DNA of 64,000 nucleotides from Carcharhinus longimanus (lineage: Eukaryota): contig JASCQW010000099.1 in NCBI GenBank assembly GCA_030264375.1, forward strand, positions 25,665,595 through 25,729,594, in the 5' to 3' direction. Made by a program: the position numbers and the translations under genes. Shown here one piece after another: positions 11,700 to 24,820 of this stretch. How positions within the stretch are numbered: the stretch's first letter is position 1; the number at the start of each line of letters is the position of its first letter. A model generated the notes under the pieces. That model was given only the letters and a program-made list of their open reading frames with translations. It was not told the origin of the DNA and searched no databases.

Positions 11700-12650
11700 C
11701 TTTATTTCTATTTCTCTTGTCTGCAATGTGATATCACCTTGATGAATCTTCTTTTCCGCCTCTCTATATCCTATTCGTCCTCCCATTGTTGTTCAGCTCC
11801 ATTGGTCCACTCTTGTCCATCTAAACATCCTCTGCATGGCATTTCTTCCAACTCCTCTGGAGCCCTTCAAGAATCCAGCCATGGCGTCCTCCTCTTCATT
11901 TGTAGGATGCTTACTGACGACATCATTCCTAAACATGGGATTTGCTTTCATAATTACACTGCTGGCAGAGGCTCTTGTTAAGCCATAATTCCTTCAGTTG
12001 AACATTTGAAACACCAAACGTTAGGCCTCAGCCGCAAACCCTGTACCGTTGACACCAATACCAGTCTTGCAGTCTCAGTCAGACTGTTTGCAACTTCAGC
12101 ATTCTATTTGAACTTGAGCTGACTTTCCCATATCTTCTCCATCATAAAGGCTGCCAACCTTAACTGTTCTCACCAGTTGGCCACTTGGCCACTGAAAGTC
12201 TGATCCCTGTCCTTGTCATCTCCAGACTCAACACTTCCAATCATCTCCTGGCCAATCTCTCTGATTTTTCATCCCACTGCAGCTCAATAAAAACTGTCCT
12301 CAGCCTCGGGCGTTGTTGGCTTGCATTGCCTCTTGATATCGAAACACTGCAATTTAAAATTCTTATCCTTGTGTTTAAATCTTTTGATAGCCTTGCCCTT
12401 CCCTATCTCTATAACACCTGTCAATGCTACTGAACTTTCCATCCTCTGACTCTGGTTTGTTGTGTATTTTCCCCTCTCAGCTGCATCACATCCACAAGCA
12501 CCCTTCTACCCCATGTCTTCATTAGCAGCTGTAGTTTAATATTTAAATTATTCCATCTTTAACTCTTTTGGACCTTCCTCAAAGCCCACTTCTTTGACCA
12601 ATGTTTTTGAGATTCCTCCTAATACTTTGTCCTGTTCCTCAACATCCATT
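11700..12650 (+). mobile_element. Highly decayed L2-like LINE fragment
   Basis: Pyrimidine-rich with L2 RT-end-like segments (e.g. ORF ESLIPVLVISRLNTSNHLLA...FKILILVFKS); boundaries approximate. Confidence 0.55.
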
Positions 12651-13004
12651 TTTTCAATAATTATGTTAATGTATTCTAGTCCAAGAAATTATTTGTATAA
12701 ATTTAGCACTCAATCCCCCAGCTATAAAAATAGGATGTATTTTTAAAATAGGTATCATTTGCTCTACTATATTGTAGGATTTATGTATCCACAACTTGTT
12801 TTGCTTTTCAAATGTTATTTCCCTCTTTTCCCTCTGAAAATGTTTCACTTAACACTTGTAGCAAGATAGGAACAGGAGTTTGCCATTTAGTCCATTAAGC
12901 ATGTTCTACCATTCAATGAGATATTTGTTGGTCTGTGACCTAACTCCAACAACCCTGCAAATGCCCCATATCCCTCAAATGTAAAATTTTCCATTCCAGG
13001 CAAC

Positions 13005-13935
13005 ATTTGATTTGATTTATTATTGTCACATGTATTAGTATACAGTGAACAGTATTATTTCTTGCATGCTATACAGATAAAGCATACCATTCATAGAGAA
13101 GGAAATCAGAGAGTACAAGATGTACTGTTACATTCATCGCTAGGGTGTAGAAAAAGATCAACTTAATGCATGGAAGGTCCATTCAAAAGTCTGGTGGCAG
13201 CAGGGAAGAAGCTGTTCTTGAGTTGGTTGGTACGTGACATCAGACTTTTGTACCTTTTTCCTGATGGAAGGAGATCGAAGGGAGAATGTCCAAGGTGTAT
13301 GGGGTTCTTAATTATGCTGGCTGCTTTGCCGAGGCAATGGGAAGTTTAGACAGAGTCAGTGGATGGGAAGCTGGCTGCCTGATGGATTGGGCTGCATTCA
13401 CGTCCTTTTGTATTTCCTTGCAAACTTGAGCAAAGCAGGAGCCATACCAAGCAGCGATACAACCAGAAAGAATGCTTTTGAAGGCGTACCTGTAAAAGTG
13501 GGTGAGAGTTGTAGCTGACATGCCAAATTCCCTTCGTCTTCTGAGAAAGCTAAGGTGTTGGTGAATTTCTTAACTATAGTGTTGACATGGGGGGACCAGG
13601 ACAGGTTGTTGGTGATCTGGACACTTAAAAACCTGTAGCTTTCGACTATTTCTACTTCATGCCCATTGATGGGGCATGTTCTCCACTACTCTTCCTAAAG
13701 TCGATTGCAAAGCACTTTGAGATGTCTCAAGGTCACGAAAAACACTTTGTAAGTGCAAGATTTAAGACTGCAGGTTACAGATTACAACTCTTCATTTTGT
13801 TCACATTGAGGGAGAGATAATTGGCATCGAACCAGTTCACCAGATTCTCTATCGCATTCCTGTACTCTGTCTCGACTACAGTGGTGTCGTCAACAAACTT
13901 GAAAATCAAGTTGGAGGGGAATTTGGCCGCACATC
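13005..13935 (-). mobile_element. Rex1/Babar-type LINE, 3' fragment
   Basis: (TTTGA)n tail shared with the 55872 copy; ORF LTHFYRYAFKSILSGCIAAWYGSC is the typical Rex1/Babar RT C-terminus. Confidence 0.8.
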
Positions 13936-14134
13936 ACATCCTGCCAAGGTGGTGACGATTGGCACCAGTTTGAGATATGCTGTCTTAAAGGTACTTGCAC
14001 CGAATATCACAACAATCCTAAGTAGCTGACTTTCTTTATCTGGCAGTCAATTTGAAAAATAAATTAAATGCCTACTTTTATTCGTTACACAAGTAGTGAA
14101 AGTTTTATGCATTTAAACTATGCAGCCAAGGCCT

Positions 14135-14410
14135 GGGGTGGCATGGTGGCAAAGTGGTTAGCACTGCTGCCTCAGCATCAGAGACCTGGGTCTGATTCCT
14201 GGTTTGGGACAGTGTCTTGTGTGGAGTTTGCATATTCTCTCTGTGTCTTTGTGGGTTCCCTCTGGGTGCTCCAGATTTCTCCCACAGTCTGAAAGACATG
14301 CTGGTTTGGTGCATTGATGCAAACAGGTGTTAGAGTGTGGTGACTAGGGGAATTTCACAGTAACTTCACTGCAGTGTTAATGTAAGCCTTACTTGTGATT
14401 AATAAATATA
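14135..14410 (+). mobile_element. SINE with HE1-type head and alternative tail
   Basis: ggtggcaaagtggttagcactgctgcctca head; tail gactaggggaatttcacagtaact...gtaagccttacttgtgattaataaa differs from the CR1-type tail. Confidence 0.8.
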
Positions 14411-14496
14411 TTTTACTTACACGTTATGTTTTAATAATTCAGAATTGACAGATTTTAATTGTAATGAGTTACAAATTGTAATGAGTTACATCTTAA

Positions 14497-14733
14497 TAAG
14501 ATCCTTGTCAGACCCCACTTGGAGTACTGTGTGCAGTTCTGGTTGCCTCACTACAAGAAGGATGTGGAAGCTATTGAGAGGGTGCACAGGAGATTTACAA
14601 GGATGTTGCCTGGATTGGGAAGCATGCCTTATGAAGATAGGCTGAGGGAGCTAGGTCTCTTCTCCCTGGAGAGGCGAAGGTTGAGAGGCGACTTGATAGA
14701 GGTTTATAAAATGTTGAGAGGTATAGAGAGGGT
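14497..14733 (+). mobile_element. CR1 (HER1-like) LINE RT C-terminal fragment, cut by N-gap
   Basis: [35 protein letters not shown]...[12 protein letters not shown]. Confidence 0.93.
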
Positions 14734-14833
14734 NNNNNNNNNNNNNNNNNNNNNNNNNNNNNNNNNNNNNNNNNNNNNNNNNNNNNNNNNNNNNNNNNNN
14801 NNNNNNNNNNNNNNNNNNNNNNNNNNNNNNNNN

Positions 14834-14944
14834 AACATAACTCCCACTCACCTGATGAAGGGGCAGGGCTCTGAAAGATAGTGTTTGTGCTACCAAATGA
14901 ACCCGTTGGACTTTAACCTGGTGTGTTGAGACTTCTTACTGTGA
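14834..14944 (+). mobile_element. Penelope-like terminal repeat with minimal hammerhead motif
   Basis: CTGATGA (14852-14858), hairpin, GAAA (14873-14876), then ttggactttaacctggtg..gacttcttactgtg homologous to the 27746-27834 arm. Confidence 0.75.
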
Positions 14945-14959
14945 CCACTTCTGCCACCA

Positions 14960-15735
14960 GAGAGAATTGGAAAATTGTGGTCAGAACCTCCCTTGCATCC
15001 CTTAGCAACATTTCATCAAGGCCTGGTGATTCATTCCTTTGCAAAGATGTTAAAGCCAAAAATATTTCTTGTCTCATTGTTTATACCATCCAGTATTTCA
15101 CATTCTTCCTCCTTAACTAATGTCTATATCCATCTGTTTGATAAAGACAGGTACAAAATATTCACTTACTACCATGCCCACTTCTTCCACCTGCACACAA
15201 GTTACTGTTTTCACCTTATGTCCTAATTTATCATCTTGCTGGTTATGTATTTATAAAATGCCTTGGGATTTTCCTTTATTTTGCTTGTCAATATTTTTTT
15301 TCAAGCCCTCTCCTTGCTTTCCTAATTTTATTTTTCACTGATATCCTGTACTGTCTATACTCCTCGTATCGACAATAATGAGCTCTTTGTAATGACGTAA
15401 ACTTCTCTATTTTTGTTCTTCTCCTCTCTATGCTTCTTGACATCTGGTGGAGCTGGCATCTAAATTTGAGTAACAACCTTTTTCTTTCTGGGATTTTATT
15501 TGTTCTGAAGCCTCTCTTTCCTGTCTGATGCCTCCCATTGCTGTGATGATAATTTGCCTTCATGTAGCTGTTTCCACTCCACTTTTCCCAAATCACATCT
15601 CAGTGTAATAAAATTGGCCTTTCCCCAAGTAAAGACTTTTATTCTTAGTCCATCTTTGCCCTTTTTCATAACTGCACAAACTAAATTACAGTCACTGTCC
15701 CCAAAATATTCATCCACTCCTACCTGCTTGGCAGA
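14960..15735 (-). mobile_element. Decayed CR1 LINE fragment (endonuclease/linker region)
   Basis: Minus ORFs with EYFGDSDCNLV...WGKANF..LR.DL.KVEW and EEYRQYR..VKNKIRKARRGLEK. Confidence 0.7.
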
Positions 15736-16728
15736 CAAATTAACAGACGAACTATGGTCAAGCACATCACACTTCAGAGCAAAACACAAGTGCGACCGTG
15801 ACAGAGTCTATTGATTTCTCAAGAATCCACCCAGAAGTTGGAAAGCACCAAGTCAGACGATCTCACTGACATTCTATATCACAAGGTATTTCCAGCTTCA
15901 CCTTTGAAGATTTATCCTTGGAATTCGCTTCCACTCGGGCAGCTTTAACAATGGCCCACCGCACAGAGTTTCAGTCTCGCCTTCTGAGATTCATTCTCCC
16001 TAGATTCCTGACTCTATATTTTAGCCTCCACTTACTGGTGTAATTTCAGCTCTTTGCTGGACAGCTAGCTTCACTGAGCTGGCACTGGCTTTGTGCTTCA
16101 CCAATTTCCTGTCCCCTGGCTCTATCCAGTGGTCTAAGACTCCAAGGGCTTTCTCTGAGCCCTCTTCAATTACCAGGATTTCCCAGGGACCTCTTTGATT
16201 ATCAGGGCTTCGATTAACAGGACTTCTTCCCCAGCCCCCTGACTCTCCTGATATTGACCGCCTCCAGAAACATTGTTCACTGACCCTTGAACTGTTATGA
16301 TGACCTATCAAAACACTCTGAGGGTCCCACCCTTGTTATTAGGTAGGATCAATGTAACAAGCATTGGGACGTCCTGCACCTTTAAATGTTACACTCTCCA
16401 CACATATCTACATGTGCGCAGTTAAGTCGCTGAGTGACACCTGAAATATTTTATCCATGTAGCTGTCAGCCCCTCGGTTGTATTGCTGTTCAAAGACCAA
16501 AACTCTCAGCAATAGTTCCTTTAGCTAGCTGATGGCATTTAAATTCATGGGATATGACATCACTGGCAAGGCTGGCATTTATTTTCTGTCTCTAATTTTA
16601 CTTGAGAAGATAATGATCATGAGCTACCTTCTTGAACTACTACAGTCCACATATAGTTAGGAAATTATCCAGTAACAGTGAAGGAACAACTGCACAGGAT
16701 GGTGTGCGACATGGATGGAGGCTTGTAG

Positions 16729-17026
16729 ATAGAATACAGTCATAGAACCCCTACAATGCAGGACCCTGCACCAACAACAATCCCACCCAGGCCCCATCCC
16801 CATACCCCACATATTTAACTTGCCAGACGCCCGACATTAAGGAGCAATTTAGTTTGGCCAATCAACCGAACCTGTACATCTTTCGGACTGTGGGAGGAAA
16901 CCAGAGCAGCTAGAGAAAACACACGCATACGTGGGGAAAACATGCAAACTCCATACGGACAATCACCTGAGGCTGGAATTAAGCCCAGGCCCTGGTGCCA
17001 TGAGGCAGCAGTGTTTAACCACTGTG
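16729..17026 (-). mobile_element. HE1-type SINE
   Basis: Same core and tail as other copies (ggccaatcaaccgaacctgtacatctttcggactgtgggaggaaacc). Confidence 0.85.
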
Positions 17027-18565
17027 GTGGTGGTGATGGTAGTGTACCCATTGTTTCTTCCAGGAGGTAGGGATTGCAGGTGCTGAAGTTCCTACATGAT
17101 ACAGATAAGTACTTGATGGGTCTAAAGTGATTTGCCATGCCTCCACTGATTGGATGAGCAGCTGAAATGACCAGACCTAACACTAAATTTCAGTGACCAG
17201 ATCAAGTTTAATTTACGTCTAAGTTAGGTTAAGCATTTAACTAACTGTCCCCTCTTGTGATGTGATAGCTTCCTTTGCATTAACAATGATGTCACTTTCC
17301 CAAATTCCCTCTAATTGGACAGTTTATCTCCCTTTACCGAGCAGTTGCACTTACTATATTGAAGATGTCAATGAAATCACCTTTAACATTGTAAATTCAA
17401 ATGACTGCAACTGTAGTTTTCATAATCTCTCTATACAGTTGAATTTTTGGAGTCCAGGTATCATTCTAGCAAATCTGTGTGGCACTAGTAACTCCTTTCC
17501 ATGACATTATGTTCAGAATTGATCACAGATTTTAGTTGTGGTCTAATCAGGGCTTTGCAAAGCTGTGACATGATTTTTAATCCATTGTATTCTCATCCTT
17601 TATATCTAAAGTTCAGAATGTCATTATCTCTTTAGATTATTATCTGTATCTGTTCTTGACATGTTAATGATCCATGTCTTTGGACATTTACTACTACATT
17701 TTCACCATTTAGAAAATATACTGATTTACTGTATAGTTACAAAATGGATGACCTCTTACTTACCTACATTGAAATCCATTGTTTTCCCCATTCACTTATC
17801 TATCAACAACCTTAAAAAAAATGCTTCTATCAACAGTTGTAATACCACTTATCATTCTGTCATTGGAAAACTTAGATATGTGGGTCTCTACCATGTCACC
17901 TTAGTCATTATTAAATACAATGAATAACTGGGGCCTCAGCGCATACTTTGCGTGACAGCACTAGTCACATCCTGCCATGTAAAATGCCTGCTCGTTTTCC
18001 CCACTATCACCTGCTGCTCAACAATTTCCTGACCAGGTCATCAATTTACCTTAAACTCCATGAATTTCAGCTTCAACTAACAATCCATTACCTGGGGCCT
18101 TATCAAATGTCTTCTGGCAGTCCATATAAATACCATCCATGAACACTTTCCAGTTGTGCTACTGTCGTCACCTCTCCAAAACATTCAGCCTATTTCTTCA
18201 AGATTGACTTAACCTCTAAAAGTTGTCTCTCTCTGAATTTCATCTCCTTCAGCTCAGTAGCCACTTACCCTCACACTTCTGTCGAATGTCTTGGTGCAAT
18301 CTCCTCCATAGAAGGTGCTGTAGAAACACTGCTAGTTTTTATTAACCATCTTCCTCTTCATCCTTAAAATTCCCTTAACTACTTCAAGAAACCATCAATG
18401 TAGCAATTAATCATGAACATTTTAATAATCAATTTGCATTAATTGTATTTTTTTCATAGTATTGCAGTAACTATACAGAAAACAGCTGGCATTGCATGAA
18501 AAAACATCAACGTAGTTATTTTTGTCAGCATACATTGAACAGTATTTGTGTGTTGTACTTTACAG

Positions 18566-18783
18566 CTACTGATGAGCGGTACATTGTCCTAATTTTTGAA
18601 TCTGTTCCGGATCTTCAAGCAACGGTTATTTTTGAAAAGATTTTAATGGAAATTGGCAAAAAGAATAGTATTCCAAACTTTTTTGTCACCATATCATTTC
18701 ATGAAGCAAACAACAGGCTTCTTCTATTTACACAGAACCTAGAGGAACATAACACCGGGAATCTATTAGTTAAAGACAACAGG
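18566..18783 (+). CDS. SENP6: SENP6 exon: TTDERYIVLIFESVPDLQATVIFEKILMEIGKKNSIPNFF...KDNR
   Basis: ctttacag| acceptor, agg|gtaagc donor, 218 nt phase 1-0; matches EEQYIILIF...FESIINEIGIKNNISNFF. Confidence 0.95.
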
Positions 18784-21209
18784 GTAAGCATGTTATTGTA
18801 CTACTGTAGTTCATTTCCATTGATTAACTTGTTTTGCAGATATCTGGTTTTAAAAAAAACAAATAAACCCAAACAAATAATAGAAATATAAAGTTGAAAG
18901 ATGCATCTTTGTTCTTCTATACCTCTACAGACTTGGGTGTGTGCTGAGTGCAAACTGACAGACTTTCATCTTATGACACCTTATTGAAATCACATTACAC
19001 AGGTTTCAATAAGGCCTTTGAAAGGCAAGGAACCAGCATATAAGAAACATTCAGAACAGAAAAGGTTACTTGCTCATTCATAACATGCATCGACAAGTTT
19101 TTGAACTTTGCATTGCCATGAGCAGTTGGCTGACTCCTTCCCTTTATAATTTTGAAAACTTGAATTCTACCATCTCAAAGTTTCTCCTATCTCTTGTGGA
19201 AGGGAGGAACTTACAATATTCTTAAATTTTCACAGAACTTAAATTTTTGACTGTTGCAATCTTCCTTATTGTTTGCCTTTCAAGAGTTGTCATCATCCTT
19301 ACTGTCATTAGATGACCAAACGTATACAGTACTCAGGATGTGATTTGGATGCCAACACAATTACAATCCAATTGTTAGAAAATTTTTCCATTTGGACTTG
19401 TATAGAGACTATCATGACCTCAATACATTCCCTAAAGGAGTACTTGCAGTCACTGTTGCATTGTAAGGAATATGACAATTAATTAGTACACAGTAAGGTC
19501 CCCAATGTGAGACCAGAATTTTTTTTAATAATATTGGTGGCAGGATAGCAGTAGCTAAAATGTTGAGAGCTCCCCCTTTTTGTGAAATAGTGGCGTGGGA
19601 CCTTTCATGTCCATCTGAAAGCACAGACAAGAACTCCTTTTAATGCCTCATCTAAATGGCAGCACCTTCATTAGTGCAGCACTTTTGGAGTACTGCACAG
19701 GTGTTTCACATAAGCTTTAGTGGTAGTGTCTGATAATTCCTGAATATACAACTCCCAACCCATGAATCTTTTGGCTGCTCAAGTTAACTATAGTGCTTCT
19801 GGGACAGAAAAATAATAGGCCAATGTTTAGTTTGGACCAATTGAGAATGGAAGGAATGCAAGGATTAGAATTCTGTGAAAAATCTGAAGAACAATGGGAA
19901 TGCTGTAGGAAAATAAGAACGGCTGAGATCACTTGGTCTTTCTCCNNNNNNNNNNNNNNNNNNNNNNNNNNNGTATAGTATGGTAAAAGATGAATATCTC
20001 CAATTATTCCAAGTGCAAGTTTCTTGAAGTTAAATACGCTGCCAGGTGTTGAAGAATTCCTCAGCCTTGGGTGTAAGAAGTAGATTTATGTAGGAGGGAA
20101 GAATGGAATGCAAACAGACTGGTCCCAGTATTTACCTATCTGATTCTATCTGGACTGATGACCAAAGAGAGTTGATTACTGTTTCTGTTGGTAGATGTAT
20201 ATCAAATCCTGCTTGCCTTCTCTTTGGCTTACTTGCCACCAAAAATCTGTTGATCATAGGCTTGAAGCTTGATGCTCATTGAAACATCCACAGCCCTGTG
20301 AGCTGAAGAATTTCAAAGATACACAGCATATTGAATGAAGACATTTCTCCTCATCTCGACTAATTAATCTCGACCAAATAACTAACTCCTTAACTGGAGA
20401 TTCTTTGGCAAGGGAAACACCCTTTCAGCATCCACTCTGCCAAGCACTTTGGGAATGTTATGTTTTGCAGAGATAACTTCTCATTCTTCTAAGCTTCAGA
20501 GAGTACATTCTAATCAATCTCTTCTCGTAGGACAGCCTTCTCATCCCAGAAACCAATCTGGTAAAACTAACTTACGTGCTATCTACCGTGTATATCCTTT
20601 TATGATGGATAGTCTATAATAAAATATAATTTTAATAGCTAAGATAAAAAATCCTATGGCAATGGTCAAAGAGGAGTAGGAGAATTCACTTGGTATGAGT
20701 GCTGGCCAGTATATATCCTCCAACCAACACCAAAAGGACATTTATTTGATCATTTATTTCATTGTTGTTTGTAAGAGCTTAGCATATGAAAATTGGCTAC
20801 TGCAATGGGGAGATGCTCCGAGGTCACGAAAGGTGCCTTATAAATGCCAATTTTTTCTTGCCCTCTTGACTCTGATGTGAAGAATGGCTTCTCCTGAAAG
20901 ATATAGGGTATGCTACCAGTGTCTGAAAATCCATTTAAACAGGAATTGGTACCCTCAGGAAAATTTATTGGGAAGCGGGGGACATCATTACTGAAGAAAT
21001 GCTGTTTTTGTTCTTCATTTTGAATGTAATTTCTACCAGGAATGGAATAGCAGCGTTGGCCTCAGAGCTGCATCCTCTTTTACTCCTTTAGTTGAAAATG
21101 CTAATCAAGTGATCAAGATACAAGTCGTTATGCCTTGACCTCACTCGTGCCTACAATTTTATAAAAATATAGCTATCTGTTCTTTGAACCATCCCATATC
21201 TTACATTAT

Positions 21210-21322
21210 ATGGATGTGTGTCTGTGTATGTATGTGTATTATGTATATCTCCATGTTATATGTATATGCAAGATACACATATAAAATACACACATTCAGT
21301 ATGACGTACGTAGGTATATATA
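21210..21322. repeat. Degenerate (TG/TA/TATG)n low-complexity tract
   Basis: tgtgtgtctgtgtatgtatgtgtattatgtatat... Confidence 0.6.
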
Positions 21323-21972
21323 ATAAAAAAAACTCCTGAACCAGAGAGAGTTTGAAGTGATGTACTACCTTGGAAATGAGGCTGTTTTTTGCAGTTTTTC
21401 CTGCTCCCTTAGTGAGATCTCACTGCTTATGCATTTGAGGGCTTTTTATGAAAACAATTAATGCTGCGTCTCAAGTTTAAAAAGCCTGGAGCTGTTGCTA
21501 ATGGTACACAAGATATAATGATGCAGAAGTAAAATCTCTTTGTGTTGTCAACCTTAACTTTTATTACCAAGTTAGTGAATGCAGGTTTTCTCCTGAATGA
21601 GTCAGCAAGTTAATAAAATATAATACTAAGCAGCATTGGATAAGTTTTGTGTTTATAAATTGTAATTAGCTGAAAAAAAGTTACGAATTTCCATTGTCCT
21701 TGTATATGAAAGTCATTGGGTTCCTCCAAGATAGGAGTTAAAGATAGATACAGGATATGCAGTTGAAAAGGGCAAAGATTACCTAGTTTTACCTGAATAT
21801 CCTGAGTGGGAGAGGCCTTGCAATAATTTTACTGGATATGTGATTTTAGTCTATAGAATCTGGAATTGGTCCAACTTAAAGAGCTAGCACCCTTGTAACA
21901 GCAACTTGTTTTCTCCCCGTTCGATTTTCTTCTCTTCTAATGTGTGATTTGTGTTTTAAATCTAATTTCTAG

Positions 21973-22064
21973 GTACCCCCCAAATATTGTTTGAGGAACA
22001 CCTCCCTTTCAAGTGACGATAGTTTGGGAACATCCCATACTTCGTTTACGGGTCCTATTGAAAA
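21973..22064 (+). CDS. SENP6: SENP6 exon: VPPKYCLRNTSLSSDDSLGTSHTSFTGPIEK
   Basis: tttctag| acceptor, aa|gtaagt donor, 92 nt phase 0-2; ends in HT.F.GP.EK as in SENP6. Confidence 0.9.
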
Positions 22065-22562
22065 GTAAGTCTGTTAAGTTGAGAGGAAGAAGCACAATAA
22101 TTGAGCAAAGACCTATGATACAAAACTAGTATTTAATTTACAATGATGGCGTGGATGATTATATGCTGTTAAAGTGAGCTAGTTTATGGCTTTCAGTCAT
22201 GGAATGTTAAAACTTTTTGGAGGTAAGGGAAATATTCTTTTTGAAAATAATTGACAGTTCTCTTGTTAGAATAGATATGTGTGCATAAAATGAGTGGGAT
22301 TATATGGGGGTTCGGATTCCCCCTTGCCGTTGAATACCAAATTCAGTGTTGGTGTTACAGAGGGTTTAGCAGAGACCAAATATTTCCCGTTGGAGCAAGA
22401 AAAAGCAGAAGAGACTTCAGCAGCCGAATCCTAATCCTACTTTGTGCTGCCAAAATTTTCTTTCTTGGGTTTTTGTTCTGTTTTCCTCCCCTTATCGCCC
22501 TTCCATAAGGTCAGTTAGGAGAGTTTCTGACCCAAAGAACATTTCTTTATTGCTTTTATTTT

Positions 22563-22908
22563 ATTCACTTGTGGGTGTCACTGGCTGGCCAGCATTTATT
22601 GCCATCCCTAGTTGCCCTTGGAGGGCAATTGAGAGTCAACCATATTGCTATGGCTCTGGAGTCACATGTAGGCCAGACCCAGTAAGGACGGCAGATTTCC
22701 TTCCCTAAAGGATATTAGTGAACCAGATGGGTTTTTATGACAAAAAGTAGTTTCATGATCATCAGTAGATACTTAATTCCCAGATATTTTTGATTGAATT
22801 GAAATTCCACCATCTGCCATGGTGGGATTCGAACCCAGGGCTCCCAGAACATTAGCTCAATTTTTGGAATAATAATGAAGTGATAATATCACTGGCCATC
22901 ACCTCCCC
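22563..22908 (-). mobile_element. SacSINE1/DeuSINE-like element
   Basis: Reverse complement of ggttcgaatcccaccatggcagatgg and Deu-domain-like cctttagggaaggaaatctgcc; homologous to 38061-38430. Confidence 0.75.
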
Positions 22909-23115
22909 TATCCTCTATGGATTTCATAGTGCTTTATGCACATTAAAAAAAGCTATACCAAGAGATGTTTTTAATTCTGTATTTTTAAGTGTTGCACTAT
23001 CTATTATAAGACATGACCTATATTTGCCACATATTTATACTCCTATTTCTTATGTTCTTATATTTCCATCATTCAATAAATTTTATGGTTCCAAATTTGA
23101 TTCTGTTTGTACCAG

Positions 23116-23232
23116 GTTGATTGTTTACCCACCTCCTCCATCTAAGGGTGGCATATCTGTGACTAATGAAGATCTCTATTGTTTGAAAGAGGGAGAATTC
23201 TTGAATGATGTTATCATAGACTTCTATTTAAA
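23116..23232 (+). CDS. SENP6: SENP6 exon, start of catalytic domain: [39 protein letters not shown]
   Basis: accag| acceptor, |gtaagt donor; YPPPP.KGG loop-1 is diagnostic of SENP6/7, [10 protein letters not shown] is the Ulp1-family motif. Confidence 0.98.
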
Positions 23233-24089
23233 GTAAGTAACTCTGGTTACCTTGCAATTGAGGTGCATAAAAGGTTTAAATGGAAAGCACACTGAATTTG
23301 GAATGGTATAACTTGATACTAATGATGACAAAAATAAATTTGTTGAAAAATATAATTCAAACCTATACCAAAACATGTTCCTTGATGTGAGATCAGATAT
23401 TTGGCATTCAAATTGTAATTGGATTTTTGGTTGGTATTATGAGTTTTGATGTGCCAATTAATGTGGTAAGTGGGGCTCTTGAAGGTCCCACATAGGAGCA
23501 TTAACTTGTCACTATGTATCTTCAATGTATATATCTCAAGAATGAATATAGACTTGTATACTCAAGATTGCAGAGGACACTAAATATGGAGGAAAAATGG
23601 GCTTTGTAGATAGAAACAGGAAGTTTCAAAGGCATGTGAAGTATGTGGACAAAATGGCAGATTAGTGTGAAGTGTGAGGTCATTCACTTTAGATCGGAGA
23701 AAGACAAATTGTAATAATTTTATAATGGTGAGATGCGAGGAGCTGTGAAGCTAGATGTGGTCATGTATACGTCACTAAAAGTTAGAGCACAGATAGAAAA
23801 TGTAATCAAAAGGTTTGTGGAATGCCAGTCTCAAGGATTAATGCAGAAGACAGAAAGCTTTACTTCAATTGTACAGAGCCACAATTAGAATCCATTTGGA
23901 ATGCTGCATTCAACTTTGGACACTGCACCTCCGTAAAGATGCATATTATACTTGGAAAGCAGACAACACGGATACACCAGAAGCTGAGGCTGCATACAGG
24001 GGTTTAAGGGGTGAAATTCTGAGGGCAGGTTATATAAAGAGCTTGTAGCCTGTTGAGTTTAGAAGAATTTTGAAAGGTGTTAGATTTAG

Positions 24090-24820
24090 CGCGGCTTAAC
24101 ACTGGTTAACACTGCTGCCTCACAATGCCATGGGCCTGGGTCCAATTCTGGCCTTGGGTGACTGTGTGGACTTTGCATGTTCTCCCTGTGTCTGCGTGGG
24201 TTACCTCTAGGTGCTCCAGTTTCCTCACAGCCCAAAGATCATAGAATTATAGAATCCTGTAGTGTANNNNNNNNNNNNNNNNNNNNNNNNNNNNNNNNNN
24301 NNNNNNNNNNNNNNNNNNNNNNNNNNNNNNNNNNNNNNNNNNNNNNNNNNNNNNNNNNNNNNNNNNATAGAATCCTGTAGTGTAGAAGGATGCCACTTGG
24401 TCCATCGAGTCTGCATCGATTACAAACCGAACCAGGCTCTATCCTCGTAATCCCATGCATTTACCCAGCAACTCCCCCTGACACTAAGGGGCAATTTAGC
24501 ATGGCCAATTCACCTAACTCACTCATCTTTGAACTGTGGGAGGAAACCAGACCACCCGGAGAAACCCACACAGACTCGGGGAGAATGTGCAAATTCCACA
24601 CAGACAGTGACTCAAGCCAGGGATTGAACCTGGATTCCTGGGGCTGTGAGGCCAGCGGTGCTGGCCACTGTGAGGCAGGGGTGTGCAGGTTAGGTGGATT
24701 AGCAGGGTAAATATCTGGGGTTACAGGGATAGGGTCTGGGTTGGATGCTTCTTCGGTGAGTTGGTGCAAACTTGATGTGCCAGATGGCATGCTTCTGCTC
24801 GTTAGGGCTTCTGTGATTTG
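24090..24820. mobile_element. Plus-strand HE1 SINE interrupted by a minus-strand HE1 SINE (~24240-24672)
   Basis: Plus copy breaks at cccaaagat (24239) and resumes at gtgtgcaggttaggtggattagc (24681); the intervening sequence is a reverse-oriented copy. Confidence 0.8.
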
